Shown one piece after another: positions 1-9,651 of a DNA stretch of 64,000 nucleotides. The position numbers were made by a program, and so were the translations under genes. The notes beneath the pieces were generated by a model. It ran no database searches, was not told the DNA's origin, and worked only from the letters and a program-made list of their open reading frames with translations. Positions within the stretch are counted from its first letter, which is position 1, and each line of letters begins with the position of its first letter. Source of the DNA: Hyphomonadaceae bacterium (GTDB lineage Bacteria > Pseudomonadota > Alphaproteobacteria > Caulobacterales > Hyphomonadaceae); the NCBI GenBank assembly GCA_040398465.1, contig JBBAUA010000001.1, positions 85,254 through 149,253 of the forward strand. Direction: 5' to 3'.

Positions 1-321
1 ATCGATTTTGCCTTCGGCAAAGGCCCCAAGGCGACCGCCTCCACCCGCACCTATCCCGTCTTCGTCACCGTTACCCGCCGCGACCGCAGCGTGCTGGCCA
101 AGGAGCGTTTCGACATCCAGGTCGCCTGGCCCGCCGGCAAGGACATCGTCCGCCACACGGAAACCGTGCCGGGCATCGTGATCCCGCGCGCCAACGAGAC
201 CATTTCGGGCTCGAACTTCGAAATTCTCGTCGGCTTCGACCTGACGCCGGAACAGCTCGCCTACAACCGGAGCGGCACTCGCTTCACGATCAACGTTGCG
301 AAACCCGCCGCCGGCCAGTAG
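1..321 (+). CDS. hypothetical protein, C-terminal fragment (5' end lies outside window)
   Basis: Frame 1 is open from nt 1 to TAG at 319-321. Codon third positions are GC-rich. No family motif recognised. Confidence 0.45.
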   Translation: MDFAFGKGPKATASTRTYPVFVTVTRRDRSVLAKERFDIQVAWPAGKDIVRHTETVPGIVIPRANETISGSNFEILVGFDLTPEQLAYNRSGTRFTINVAKPAAGQ

Positions 322-360
322 TCCGGCGGGGCCCAGACCAGCCCCTCTCCGGACCTTACC

Positions 361-2133
361 ATGACCAAGCCCCAGGACCTTGCCGACCAGCTGTCGGACG
401 TCGCCGGCGCCGCTTTCGCGGCCATGGGCATTGATGCTGGTGCGGGAGTGATGCGCCGCTCTGACCGTCCTGACCTCGCCGACTTCCAGTGCAACGGCGC
501 GATGGCCGCAGCCAAGAAGCTCAGCAAGAACCCGCGCGAGATCGCGACGGCCGTCGTCGAGGCGCTGAAGGCTTCCCCGCTGGTCGCCGCATCCGAGGTC
601 GCCGGCCCCGGCTTCATCAACGTACGCCTGACGCCCGCAGCGCTCGCCGCGCGCGCCGAGCAGATCGCCGCCGACCCGCGCTCCGGCGCGCGCAAGGTCG
701 AGACGCCTCGCCGCGTCGTGATCGACTTCGGCGGCTGGAACGTCGCCAAGGAAATGCACATCGGCCACCTGCGCTCGACGGTGATCGGCGACAGCTTGCA
801 GCGTCTGTTCCGCTTCATGGGGGACGCCGTCTCCAGCGATGTTCATCTCGGCGACTGGGGCCTGCAGATGGGCCAGCTCATCAACGAGGTGAAGCTGGAA
901 CAACCGGGTTTGCCATACTTCGACGCCAGCTTCACCGGCCCCTATCCCGAACAAAGCCCCGTCTCGATGGATGATCTTGGACGGCTCTATCCGCAGGCCT
1001 CCGCCAAGTCGAAATCCGACGAAGCGCGCCGCGACGAGGACCGCAAGGCGACGCAGGAACTGCAGTCCGGCCGCCCCGGCTATCGTGCGCTATGGCAACA
1101 CTTCTGCAACGTCACCCGCGTCGGCCTCGAACGCGAATGTGCCAGCCTTGGCGTGCGCTTCGACCTGTGGAAGGGCGAAAGCGATGCGGAACCCTTCATC
1201 CCCGCGCTTGTCGAAGACCTGAAAGCCCGCGGCATCGCTGAACTGGATGCAGGCGCATGGATCATCCGCGTCGCGCGCGAGACCGACAAGAAGGAGATGC
1301 CGCCTATCATCCTCGTGAACCGCGACGGCGCGATCGGCTATCACGGCTCCGATCTCGGCACGATTGTCGATCGCAAGCAGGGCATCGACCCGCAGCTGAC
1401 GCTCTACGTCGTGGACCAGCGCCAGGCGCTGCACTTCGAACAGGTCTTCCGCGCCAGCGACCGGGCAGGGCTGATGCCCGAAAACACGCTCGAACACCTT
1501 GGCTTCGGCACGGTGAACGGTCCGGATGGCAAGCCGTACAAGACCCGCGACGGCGGCACGCTGAAACTCCAGGCGTTTATCGCCCAAGCTGATGAAGTCG
1601 CGACAGCGCGCATGAAGGAAGCCGAACTCGGCGCGGACGTCTCAACCGCCGAACAGCAAGATATCGCGCACAAGGTCGCCGTGGCAGCGATAAAATTCTC
1701 GGATCTCTCCAACGTCCGCACGACGAACTACATCTTCGACCTCGACCGCTTCATCTCGTTCGAGGGCAAGACTGGCCCGTACCTTCTCTACGCCGCGGTG
1801 CGCATCAAATCGCTCGCCCGCCGCGCCGAAGCGGAGGGCGTGAAGCCCGGCCCGATCATGATCGAACTGGACGCCGAGCGCGCACTCGTGCTTGCGCTTG
1901 ACGCCTTCAACGACGCTCTGCGCGGCGCCTATGACAAGCGCATGCCGCACATCCTCTGCGATCACGCCTACACGCTGGCGCAGGCCTTCTCCGCCTTCTA
2001 CGCAGCGGCTCCGATCCTCGTCGAAACCGACGCTGCGAAGAAAGCATCCCGCTTCTCACTCGCCATGGCGACACTGAAGCAGCTGGAGCTGGCGCTGGGC
2101 CTCATCGGTATCGATACGCCGGACCGGATGTAG
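361..2133 (+). CDS. argS: arginine--tRNA ligase
   Basis: 590 aa. Class I HIGH motif (MHIGHLRS), ArgRS-like N-terminal and anticodon-binding regions, typical length. Confidence 0.95.
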   Translation: MTKPQDLADQLSDVAGAAFAAMGIDAGAGVMRRSDRPDLADFQCNGAMAAAKKLSKNPREIATAVVEALKASPLVAASEVAGPGFINVRLTPAALAARAEQIAADPRSGARKVETPRRVVIDFGGWNVAKEMHIGHLRSTVIGDSLQRLFRFMGDAVSSDVHLGDWGLQMGQLINEVKLEQPGLPYFDASFTGPYPEQSPVSMDDLGRLYPQASAKSKSDEARRDEDRKATQELQSGRPGYRALWQHFCNVTRVGLERECASLGVRFDLWKGESDAEPFIPALVEDLKARGIAELDAGAWIIRVARETDKKEMPPIILVNRDGAIGYHGSDLGTIVDRKQGIDPQLTLYVVDQRQALHFEQVFRASDRAGLMPENTLEHLGFGTVNGPDGKPYKTRDGGTLKLQAFIAQADEVATARMKEAELGADVSTAEQQDIAHKVAVAAIKFSDLSNVRTTNYIFDLDRFISFEGKTGPYLLYAAVRIKSLARRAEAEGVKPGPIMIELDAERALVLALDAFNDALRGAYDKRMPHILCDHAYTLAQAFSAFYAAAPILVETDAAKKASRFSLAMATLKQLELALGLIGIDTPDRM

Positions 2134-2137
2134 GCAC

Positions 2138-2602
2138 ATGCAAGACATCGGGTTTCGCGTCGACGATCTGACCGCATCAAAGTCTCAGGCGCTCGTGCGC
2201 CGCCATCTCGAGGGCATGCATGCGAACTCGCCGCAGGACAGCGTACATGCCTTTGACATCGACAAGCTGCGTCAGCCCGGCGTCACGTTCTGGACCGGCT
2301 GGGTTGGTGAGGAGATCGCCGTGATGGGTGCTCTCAAACGGCTCGATGCGGAGAGCGGTGAGATCAAATCAATGCGGGTGGCTGACGCCTTCCTCGGCCG
2401 CGGTGCGGGCAGGGCGATGCTCGAGCATATTCTCTCCGAGGCGCGCGCCGCCGGAATGAAGCATCTTTGGCTCGAGACCGGCTCAACACCAGCCTTTGAC
2501 CCCGCCATTGGCCTGTACAAGAAAGCCGGGTTCCGCTTCTGCGGCCCGTTCGCCCACTACAAGGACGACCCGTTCAGCCGGTTCATGACACTGGCGCTGT
2601 AG
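2138..2602 (+). CDS. GNAT family N-acetyltransferase
   Basis: 154 aa with acetyl-CoA binding-like RGAGRAMLEHI motif and GNAT size. Starts 5 nt after the argS stop. Confidence 0.8.
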   Translation: MQDIGFRVDDLTASKSQALVRRHLEGMHANSPQDSVHAFDIDKLRQPGVTFWTGWVGEEIAVMGALKRLDAESGEIKSMRVADAFLGRGAGRAMLEHILSEARAAGMKHLWLETGSTPAFDPAIGLYKKAGFRFCGPFAHYKDDPFSRFMTLAL

Positions 2603-2623
2603 CTGGCGGCAGGCGCTGCAGCC

Positions 2624-2884
2624 TCACTTCTTTTTCGCAGGCGCCTTCTTCTTCGTTGCAGCTTTCTTCACCGCCGCCGGACCCGACTGCCACTCCGGCT
2701 TCAGATAGTAGGCCGCCAAGGCATTCGCGTGGCCATGCCCGAGGCCCAGCGCCTCCATGGCATGACTGCGCAGTTCGCCATGCGCCTTCAGCCCTGACTT
2801 GGACAGCACGGCCAGCATCTCTTTCTCGGACTTGCCCGAAGCCTTCGCGGCATTGTCGAGATAGGTGCGGATTCCCGTCGGCAT
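2624..2884 (-). CDS. DUF4287-like small protein with Lys-rich tail
   Basis: 86 aa. YLDNAAKASGKS...GLGHGHANAL resembles the DUF4287 core. C-terminal KKAATKKKAPAKKK tail. Confidence 0.65.
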   Translation of the reverse strand: MPTGIRTYLDNAAKASGKSEKEMLAVLSKSGLKAHGELRSHAMEALGLGHGHANALAAYYLKPEWQSGPAAVKKAATKKKAPAKKK

Positions 2885-2896
2885 CCCAGCCGTCGG

Positions 2897-4615
2897 CTAC
2901 TCCGCGCGCTGGGCGTCGCGCAACGCCCTGAACTCGTTGCCCTCGTACCAGTTGGGCCAATCGGCCGAGTTGGCGAGACGGGTGACAACCTCCGTCGCAA
3001 CCTTTGTGTCAGCCTCGATGCCCGACAGATCCCAGCTGTCTTGGTATTCGTCAGCGGGCTTGTGATAGGCGTTGTCGGTATAGGCCTTCGCCGCGGCTTC
3101 GCCCGCCGCAACCCCGCCATTCACGAGGTCGATGCCGCTGTCGGGGTAGAGCATTGGCACGCCTTTCTTGGCTAGGCTGATATGGTCCGAGCGATAGAAG
3201 TATCCATTCTCGGGCGAAGGGTCCGGACGAATGACACGTCCGGATTCGGCCAGTACGGTCTTCAGGGCATCTTCGAGCTGCGAGGCGCCAGCCCCAATCA
3301 CGAGAAGATCCTTGGCCATGCCTGTGGGTTGCATCGCGTCGATGTTGATGCCGCCGACGATGTTTTTCAGCGGCATGAGCGGGTTCTCGCCGAAGTAAGC
3401 CGAGCCGAGCAGGCCCGACTCTTCCAGCGTCACCGCCAGCACCGTCACCGACCGCTTCGGCTGCGGCCCCGCCGCCACCTTCTCGCCGATCTCCAGGATC
3501 GCCGCCGTGCCGGTGGCGTTGTCGACCGCGCCATTGTTGATCACGTCCGCATTCGGATCATCGCCCGTGCCTTTGCCGAGGTGATCCCAGTGCGCCATGA
3601 GCAGAACATGCTCATCAGGCGCCTCGGATCCTTTGACGGTCCCGATCACATTGCGTGAGTCCTTGAAATCGATGGTCTGGTTGATTGTCGCCGACGCCTT
3701 GAGCCCCGTCATCGGGACAGGCTTGAAGCCGCGCTTGTTGGCGGCGGCGCGCATCTTGTCGATGTCGAGCCCCGCCACCTTGAACAGGTCCGTCGCATGG
3801 TCGAGCTGGATCCAGCCCTCCAGCTTCGCGCGGCTCGCCCCGCCATCATTGCGCACGAGATCGGCCTGCTCGCCTGTCCATGACCCTTCCACGACGCCCC
3901 ACCCATAGGATGCCGGCTTCTCCTCATGGATGATCAGCGCCGCCGTCGCGCCCTGCCGCGCCGCTTCCTCGAACTTGTAGGTCCAGCGGCCGTAATACGT
4001 CATCGCCTTGCCGTTGAAGAGCGTGTTGTCGTTGGTCACGAAGCCCGGGTCGTTGACGAACATCACGACCGTCTTGCCCTTCACGTCGACGCCTGCGTAG
4101 TCGTTCCAGTTGGCCTCTGGCGCGACAACGCCATAGCCGACGAACACCAGATCGGAATCCGTGAACGATACTGTCTTGTTCTTCTGGTCCTTGGTGATGA
4201 ACACCGCATCGGGTCCCATCTTCAGGTCCCACGCCTTGTCGCCCGGACCAGCGATTTTCAGGGATGACGTCTTCGGGTCCGCCGTCTGCGCGACCATCTT
4301 CACGACCTGAAAGTACGTCCCGTCAGGATTACCCGGCGCGAGACCGATGCGCTTCATCTCGGCCGCAATCCAGTCAGCTGCTTTCTCGCCTTCCGGATCG
4401 CCCGGGCCGCGGCCTTCATACTTGTCGTCCGCGAGTTCCTTGATGCGCGCAGCGAGATCGGCCGCCGCGATATCCGGCGATGTGGACAGCGTCGAGGTGA
4501 CCGCGTTGGCGTCGGCCGCAGGCGCCGCCGGCGCGGCAGGCTCCGTGGGACCGCACCCAGCCAGTCCGATGCTCATCAGCGCGGCCGATACACCCGTAAG
4601 CGCAGGCAATTTCAT
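2897..4615 (-). CDS. M28 family aminopeptidase, lipoprotein (PA domain)
   Basis: Lipobox LAGC near the N-terminus. HWDHLG and NNGAVDNATG metal-ligand motifs of M28 peptidases. ATG at 4615 is preceded by GAGGGAG (the track start at 4630 is TTG). Confidence 0.85.
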   Translation of the reverse strand: MKLPALTGVSAALMSIGLAGCGPTEPAAPAAPAADANAVTSTLSTSPDIAAADLAARIKELADDKYEGRGPGDPEGEKAADWIAAEMKRIGLAPGNPDGTYFQVVKMVAQTADPKTSSLKIAGPGDKAWDLKMGPDAVFITKDQKNKTVSFTDSDLVFVGYGVVAPEANWNDYAGVDVKGKTVVMFVNDPGFVTNDNTLFNGKAMTYYGRWTYKFEEAARQGATAALIIHEEKPASYGWGVVEGSWTGEQADLVRNDGGASRAKLEGWIQLDHATDLFKVAGLDIDKMRAAANKRGFKPVPMTGLKASATINQTIDFKDSRNVIGTVKGSEAPDEHVLLMAHWDHLGKGTGDDPNADVINNGAVDNATGTAAILEIGEKVAAGPQPKRSVTVLAVTLEESGLLGSAYFGENPLMPLKNIVGGINIDAMQPTGMAKDLLVIGAGASQLEDALKTVLAESGRVIRPDPSPENGYFYRSDHISLAKKGVPMLYPDSGIDLVNGGVAAGEAAAKAYTDNAYHKPADEYQDSWDLSGIEADTKVATEVVTRLANSADWPNWYEGNEFRALRDAQRAE

Positions 4616-4674
4616 CCCGGTCTCCCTCAAGTTGCGGGCACACTATCGCGCGCGGTCGGGGGAGCAAGTGCTGG

Positions 4675-5634
4675 TCAGGTCTTCCAGTCCGGGTGTGCGT
4701 CGTCGTGATCATCGGGGACGTGATCCATGCCCGGCGGCTGTGGATCGCCGGGGAGGGGGATCCAGTGCGTCTCCCCGGGCGGCTGCGTGAACCATGTCCC
4801 GTCAAAACCGCCAGCGATCGACGCGCGCCAGTCTGCCGCCGCCTTGGCCAATCGCTCCTTGGAAGACGCGACGAAGTTCCAGTCGAGAAAGCGCGGCCCA
4901 TCCAGCTTGTCGCCGCCGGCGAACATGATCCGTGTCCCCGCTCTCAGCTTTACCCGGCACGGCCGTTGCGGCGACAGGATCGCCATCGTCGCCTCGCCTA
5001 CAGGCTGCCCCTCTACCTCAGCCGCGCCCTCCACCACATAGAGGCAAAGCTCATCCGCATCGGGAGCTTCGATCGTCGTGTCGCGTTCCGCCCTGAGCAC
5101 AAGCTGGCAGATACCGCTGGGAAACTCGACAGGCGACCGATGGCCATAGGCAGCCCCGGAGATCAGAACGCCGCTCGCGCCGTCGAGCGCCAATTTCGGG
5201 AGTACGGCTGCAGGGTGGTGCTGGAAGCCCGGCGCCTGCTCCTCATGGCTCTGCGGCAGCGCAACCCATGTCTGGATCGCCTCGATCCGGTGCCCCGCCT
5301 CGCGCTCGGCATGCGGCGTCCGCTCCGAATGGGTGATGCCCTTGCCGGCTGTCATCCAGTTCACGGCGCCCGGCCGAATGGCCTGGTGAGTTCCAAGGCT
5401 GTCGCGATGGTCCAGCGCTCCATCGAACAGCCACGTCACCGTGGCGAGCCCGATGTGCGGATGCGAGCGCACGTCGATTCCCTTGCCTGCCGGCAAGACG
5501 GCGGGCCCCAGATGATCGAAGAAGACGAACGGCCCGACATTGCGCCGGGTCGCAAAAGGCAATACCCGGCGAACGGAAAACCCGCCCAGATCCCGCTCGC
5601 GCGGCTCAATGATCATCTCGACGGCGTCGGGCAT
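4675..5634 (-). CDS. pirin family protein with His/Asp-rich C-terminal tail
   Basis: RRVLPF...GPFVFFDHLGP and HPHIGLATVTW cupin motifs. ATG at 5634 is preceded by GAGGAAG. The track ORF extends 24 codons further upstream. Confidence 0.85.
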   Translation of the reverse strand: MPDAVEMIIEPRERDLGGFSVRRVLPFATRRNVGPFVFFDHLGPAVLPAGKGIDVRSHPHIGLATVTWLFDGALDHRDSLGTHQAIRPGAVNWMTAGKGITHSERTPHAEREAGHRIEAIQTWVALPQSHEEQAPGFQHHPAAVLPKLALDGASGVLISGAAYGHRSPVEFPSGICQLVLRAERDTTIEAPDADELCLYVVEGAAEVEGQPVGEATMAILSPQRPCRVKLRAGTRIMFAGGDKLDGPRFLDWNFVASSKERLAKAAADWRASIAGGFDGTWFTQPPGETHWIPLPGDPQPPGMDHVPDDHDDAHPDWKT

Positions 5635-5696
5635 GGGAACTTCCTCTGTCTGCGGTTGAGTATGGACGACGGCGCCGATGACGGCAAAGTAAGCGG

Positions 5697-6878
5697 ATGA
5701 CGGCAAACCGCGACATCAATGCGACTGGGTTCTGCCGCCTCCTCGCTGGGAAAGGCAGGCGTGACGAACAGTTGAGACTGCCCAAGCAGTGGCCTGCGGC
5801 GATCGTCCTGTCGTTGCTGATTTCCGCCTGCGCCCCGCTCCAGCAGAGAGCGCTCGCTCCCGAAACCGACCCCGCCCCCGGCTTCTCCGACACCGCTTTC
5901 ACCAGCTTCGACGGCGCCCGCCTTGGCCTCGACACCTACCCCGCCCGCGCGCCGGGGCAGGGCGCAGGACCCTGTGACGACGGCGCGGGCATCGATCTCG
6001 ACACGGTGGCAGCCGCATCCGCCTGCGCCGCATCCGCCGAAGTCTACGCCGCTGAGCCCGACGTCGTTATCATCGCCGTCCACGGCATGAACGATTATGC
6101 CGGCGCCTTCATTGATGCAGGCGAATGGTGGTCCGCCAACGGCGCGACCGTCTACGCCTACGACCAGCGCGGCTTCGGTCGCTCCCCTGGCTGGATGATC
6201 TGGCCGAGCCACGCCGTCATGCGGAAGGATCTCGAAACCGCCATCGAAATAGCCCGCGCGCGCCACCCCGGAGCAAAAGTCGCCGTCGTAGGCGAGAGCA
6301 TGGGTGCGGCCGTCTCCGTCACCACCTTCGCCCGCTCAGACGCGAGCAAGCCCGACGCGCTGATCCTCTCAGGTCCGGGCTTCCGCGGCTGGGGCGCGCT
6401 GCCATTGCTCTACAGCGCCAGCCTCTGGGTTGCCTCCCATGTCCGGCCCGACTGGATTGTCGTGCCGCCAGACGGCGTCCGCATTGTCGCCACCGACAAC
6501 AACCGCAAGCTGCGCGAGATGTGGTTCGACCCGCTTGTCCAGAAATCCAACCGGATCGACAGCGTCTATGGCGTCGTCTCGATGATGGAGGAGGCGGACC
6601 AGACGATCTCCCGCCTGCCGGCCAGCGTGCCGACCCTCATGCTCTACGGCGCCAAGGACGAGATGATTCCCGTCGAGGGCGTCCAGCGCGCGACGGCCAA
6701 GATGCCGCCCCACGTCCAGACGGCCTACTATGTGAACGGCTACCACCTGCTCCTGAACGACCTTCAGGCTCACAAGGTCTGGGGCGATATCCTGGCCTTT
6801 GTTCGCGACCCGGAATCACCCCTCCCATCGGGCGCCCCGGCGCTACCTTGGTTCGGTAATCAGGACGCAAACCGTTGA
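5697..6878 (+). CDS. alpha/beta hydrolase (lysophospholipase/monoacylglycerol-lipase-like)
   Basis: GESMGA nucleophile elbow and HG oxyanion motif (AVHGMNDY). An alternative TTG start at 5772 would give a clean lipoprotein signal (LSLLISAC). Confidence 0.8.
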   Translation: MTANRDINATGFCRLLAGKGRRDEQLRLPKQWPAAIVLSLLISACAPLQQRALAPETDPAPGFSDTAFTSFDGARLGLDTYPARAPGQGAGPCDDGAGIDLDTVAAASACAASAEVYAAEPDVVIIAVHGMNDYAGAFIDAGEWWSANGATVYAYDQRGFGRSPGWMIWPSHAVMRKDLETAIEIARARHPGAKVAVVGESMGAAVSVTTFARSDASKPDALILSGPGFRGWGALPLLYSASLWVASHVRPDWIVVPPDGVRIVATDNNRKLREMWFDPLVQKSNRIDSVYGVVSMMEEADQTISRLPASVPTLMLYGAKDEMIPVEGVQRATAKMPPHVQTAYYVNGYHLLLNDLQAHKVWGDILAFVRDPESPLPSGAPALPWFGNQDANR

Positions 6879-6965
6879 AATTGCACGGGTCCATTGGGCC
6901 CGAAAATTAACCAAAGCCGGTTAGTCTGCGCGCTCTGGGAAGGGCATTCGAGGATCGCGCGCGGA

Positions 6966-8057
6966 ATGCTGGCGCAAGTGAAAAAACTGGCAGGCGGCGA
7001 TGTCGCCGGGCGCCTTGGCGCCTGGTGGAGCGGTCGCGATTACGTCCCGCCGGTGGAAGGCGAGGGCGCTCCGGCCGAAGAAAAGCCGGCCACAAAGGCT
7101 GACGCCCCGAAGGCCGAGCCTCCCAAGGCGGATGCCGCCAAGGAGCCAGCCAAGGCTGAAGCCCCCGTTTCGATCGCCCCAATTCCCGAAACGCCCGCGC
7201 CGGCCGCGGCGCCGCTCGATGGCGGCGAGATTCGCATCCGCGCGCTCGAGACACTCTGGGGCGAGGGCAGGCTCTCGCCCGGCTCATTCGCGCTCGACAC
7301 CCACATGATCGACGCTGCGCTTGAACTCGCCGACCGCCCCGGCTCAATCGGTTTCATCGGCGCCGACGCCTCCCTGCTCAACGCCTTCACTGCACAGTCC
7401 GATCGCAAACCCATCGCCAACGAATGGCGTGGCGCCTGCGTCTCGCGCCTCAATCAGCTCGTCGCCAATGCTGCGTTCACTGTCAGCGAAGTGGATCGTC
7501 CGCGCGGCTTCCAGGATGGCGCGCTCCCCGCAATCGTCACCGTCGAAGCCTTCGCCTACGCCGACCACAAGGCCGGCCTCGTCGGCCGCGTCTTCCGCGC
7601 GCTCGATGCGGGTGGCCGCTGGGTCTTCGTCGACACAACGCGCCGCACGAAGAAGACGCCGCCGCAAGCCTTCGCCTCTGCCTGGGCCGAACCGCAACTC
7701 TCGACCAACGACGAGATCGAGGAGCTGCTCACGCTCGCCGGCTTCAAGACCATCCGCCGCGTCTCCGTCGCCGACCTTGTCATGGTTTCTGCGAAACAGG
7801 GCTACGCCAATCTCTCGCAAGTCATCGAAAGCGCCTCGAGTTCAGGTCTCTCAGGCCGCGAAGGCGCGCTCTTCCTGCAGGAGCTTGCCTGGGAAGCGCA
7901 AAGCTGGCGCGCTCGCATGCGCGCCATCGAAGGCGGCGCGCTCGAAGTGAACCTCTGGGTCGCCGACCGCACCGAACAGCAGGGCCCACTGAAGATCGCC
8001 CTAGACCAGTTGATCAAGCCGGACGATGCAGGCGCTGCGGACGCCTTGTTCGAGTAG
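6966..8057 (+). CDS. hypothetical protein, Ala/Lys/Pro-rich linker plus methyltransferase-like C-terminal domain
   Basis: ATG at 6966. The PKAEPPKADAAKEPAKAEAP repeat region is followed by a Rossmann-like segment (IGFIGAD...ALDAGGRWVFVD). No canonical GxGxG SAM motif is visible. Confidence 0.5.
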   Translation: MLAQVKKLAGGDVAGRLGAWWSGRDYVPPVEGEGAPAEEKPATKADAPKAEPPKADAAKEPAKAEAPVSIAPIPETPAPAAAPLDGGEIRIRALETLWGEGRLSPGSFALDTHMIDAALELADRPGSIGFIGADASLLNAFTAQSDRKPIANEWRGACVSRLNQLVANAAFTVSEVDRPRGFQDGALPAIVTVEAFAYADHKAGLVGRVFRALDAGGRWVFVDTTRRTKKTPPQAFASAWAEPQLSTNDEIEELLTLAGFKTIRRVSVADLVMVSAKQGYANLSQVIESASSSGLSGREGALFLQELAWEAQSWRARMRAIEGGALEVNLWVADRTEQQGPLKIALDQLIKPDDAGAADALFE

Positions 8058-8167
8058 GCTTGGCCGAAGCCAATCCGTGCCGTAGCGGCATACTTGCCCC
8101 CGCCCAAACGTCATGAAAACACCGCATCCAACGCGTGGCGATCGGCCCACGCGATGGAGCCTAAGTC

Positions 8168-9475
8168 ATGAGGCAGGTGACACCCTTCTCGCGCCGGTCA
8201 TTCGTCGCGCTCGCTTTTGCGTTGTCGCTGGTTGGCTGCGCGCCCGCAGAAAAGGCTGCCGCACCAGATCAGGCGCCGAGCGAGGCCGCGATTGCTGAAT
8301 CCGCCCGGGCGATCCATGAGGAGAGCCTCGTGCTGGATGCGCATGCCGACATCGTGGTTCCCTCCACCGCCGCCAATTTCCTCAGCGCCGACGGCTCGTC
8401 GAAGGTGTCCCCCGAAAAGCTCAAGGCAGGGGGCGTCGGCGCTGTCGTCATGGCGATCGCCGTCGGACCGGGTCCACGCACGCGGGAAGACGACAGGAAG
8501 GCCCGTGCGGAAGCCGATGAGAAGCTTGCAGCTATCCAGGCGCTTGCGGCTGCCAACGCCGACACGGTGGCAATCGCAAGATCTGCCGATGAGATCCTCG
8601 CGATCCGCGAAAGCGGCAAGACGGCGCTGATCCTTGGCTTCCAGAACGCAAGGGCTCTCGAAGGGCAAGTAGCTGCGCTCGATACGTTCTATGAGGCAGG
8701 CGTGCGGGTCTTTGCGCTGAACCATCTTGCGCACAATGATTTCTCGGATTCCTCGCGTCCGTTCCACGACCCGGTCAGCAAGCAATACGAGCCGGACGCG
8801 CATGGTGGGCTATCGGCGCTGGGGCTGGCTGCCATCGACCGCATCAACGCGCTCGGAGGCGTGGTCGATGTGTCTCAGGCATCGAAGGCTGCAACGCTCG
8901 CGACCATTGCCAGATCCAAGACGCCCGTGATTGCCAGCCACTCGAATGTTCGCGCGATCTCGGACGCAACGCGCAATCTTTCCGACGAGGAGATCGATCG
9001 CATCGGCGCGACCGGGGGCGTCATCCACGTCGCGCCGTTCACGGCTTACCTTGTCAACTTCTCGACGCCGGAAAAGCTTGAGGCGATCAGGAAGGCGCGA
9101 AGCGCTGCGGGCCTGCCCGAGACGTATTCCTACCCCTACGAACTCTACTGGGAACTTCCCGACCCGGCGGCGCGAGAGACGTTCACGACGTCGATCCGCG
9201 AGTCGCTTGGGCCAGCAACGATCGACACGATGATCGATCACATCGACTACATCGTGAAGCGCATCGGCATCGACCATGTCGGCATCGGCACGGACTTCAA
9301 TCACGGTAGCGGCATTGAAGGCTATGACGATGCGAGCGCCTCATTCGCCGTGACCCTTGGGCTCCTCCGCCGCGGATACTCGGCGGAGGACATCAAGAAG
9401 ATCTGGGGCGGCAATTTCCTGCGCGTCATGCGCCAGGCGGAAGCAGCGGCCGGAAAGGCTGGGCCCCCGCAATAG
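8168..9475 (+). CDS. membrane dipeptidase (M19 family), secreted/lipoprotein
   Basis: Signal peptide with LVGC. DAHADI, ALNHLAHNDF, ASHSNVRA and GIGTDFNHG motifs are typical of renal-dipeptidase family M19. Confidence 0.85.
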   Translation: MRQVTPFSRRSFVALAFALSLVGCAPAEKAAAPDQAPSEAAIAESARAIHEESLVLDAHADIVVPSTAANFLSADGSSKVSPEKLKAGGVGAVVMAIAVGPGPRTREDDRKARAEADEKLAAIQALAAANADTVAIARSADEILAIRESGKTALILGFQNARALEGQVAALDTFYEAGVRVFALNHLAHNDFSDSSRPFHDPVSKQYEPDAHGGLSALGLAAIDRINALGGVVDVSQASKAATLATIARSKTPVIASHSNVRAISDATRNLSDEEIDRIGATGGVIHVAPFTAYLVNFSTPEKLEAIRKARSAAGLPETYSYPYELYWELPDPAARETFTTSIRESLGPATIDTMIDHIDYIVKRIGIDHVGIGTDFNHGSGIEGYDDASASFAVTLGLLRRGYSAEDIKKIWGGNFLRVMRQAEAAAGKAGPPQ

Positions 9476-9651
9476 GTCCCCCTCGCGCGACTTCTCCGCC
9501 AATTGGCAAGGCCATGGCCGACGGTGGCGCCGATTGCCCTGTGATACGCAATTTCTTGCTCCGCTGCGATGTTCACCCCACCCGCCCTTGGGGCTATACG
9601 CGCGCCAACCTGCGCTGGCGCTGATCCCTTCAGCGCACTCCGGAGCAACCG

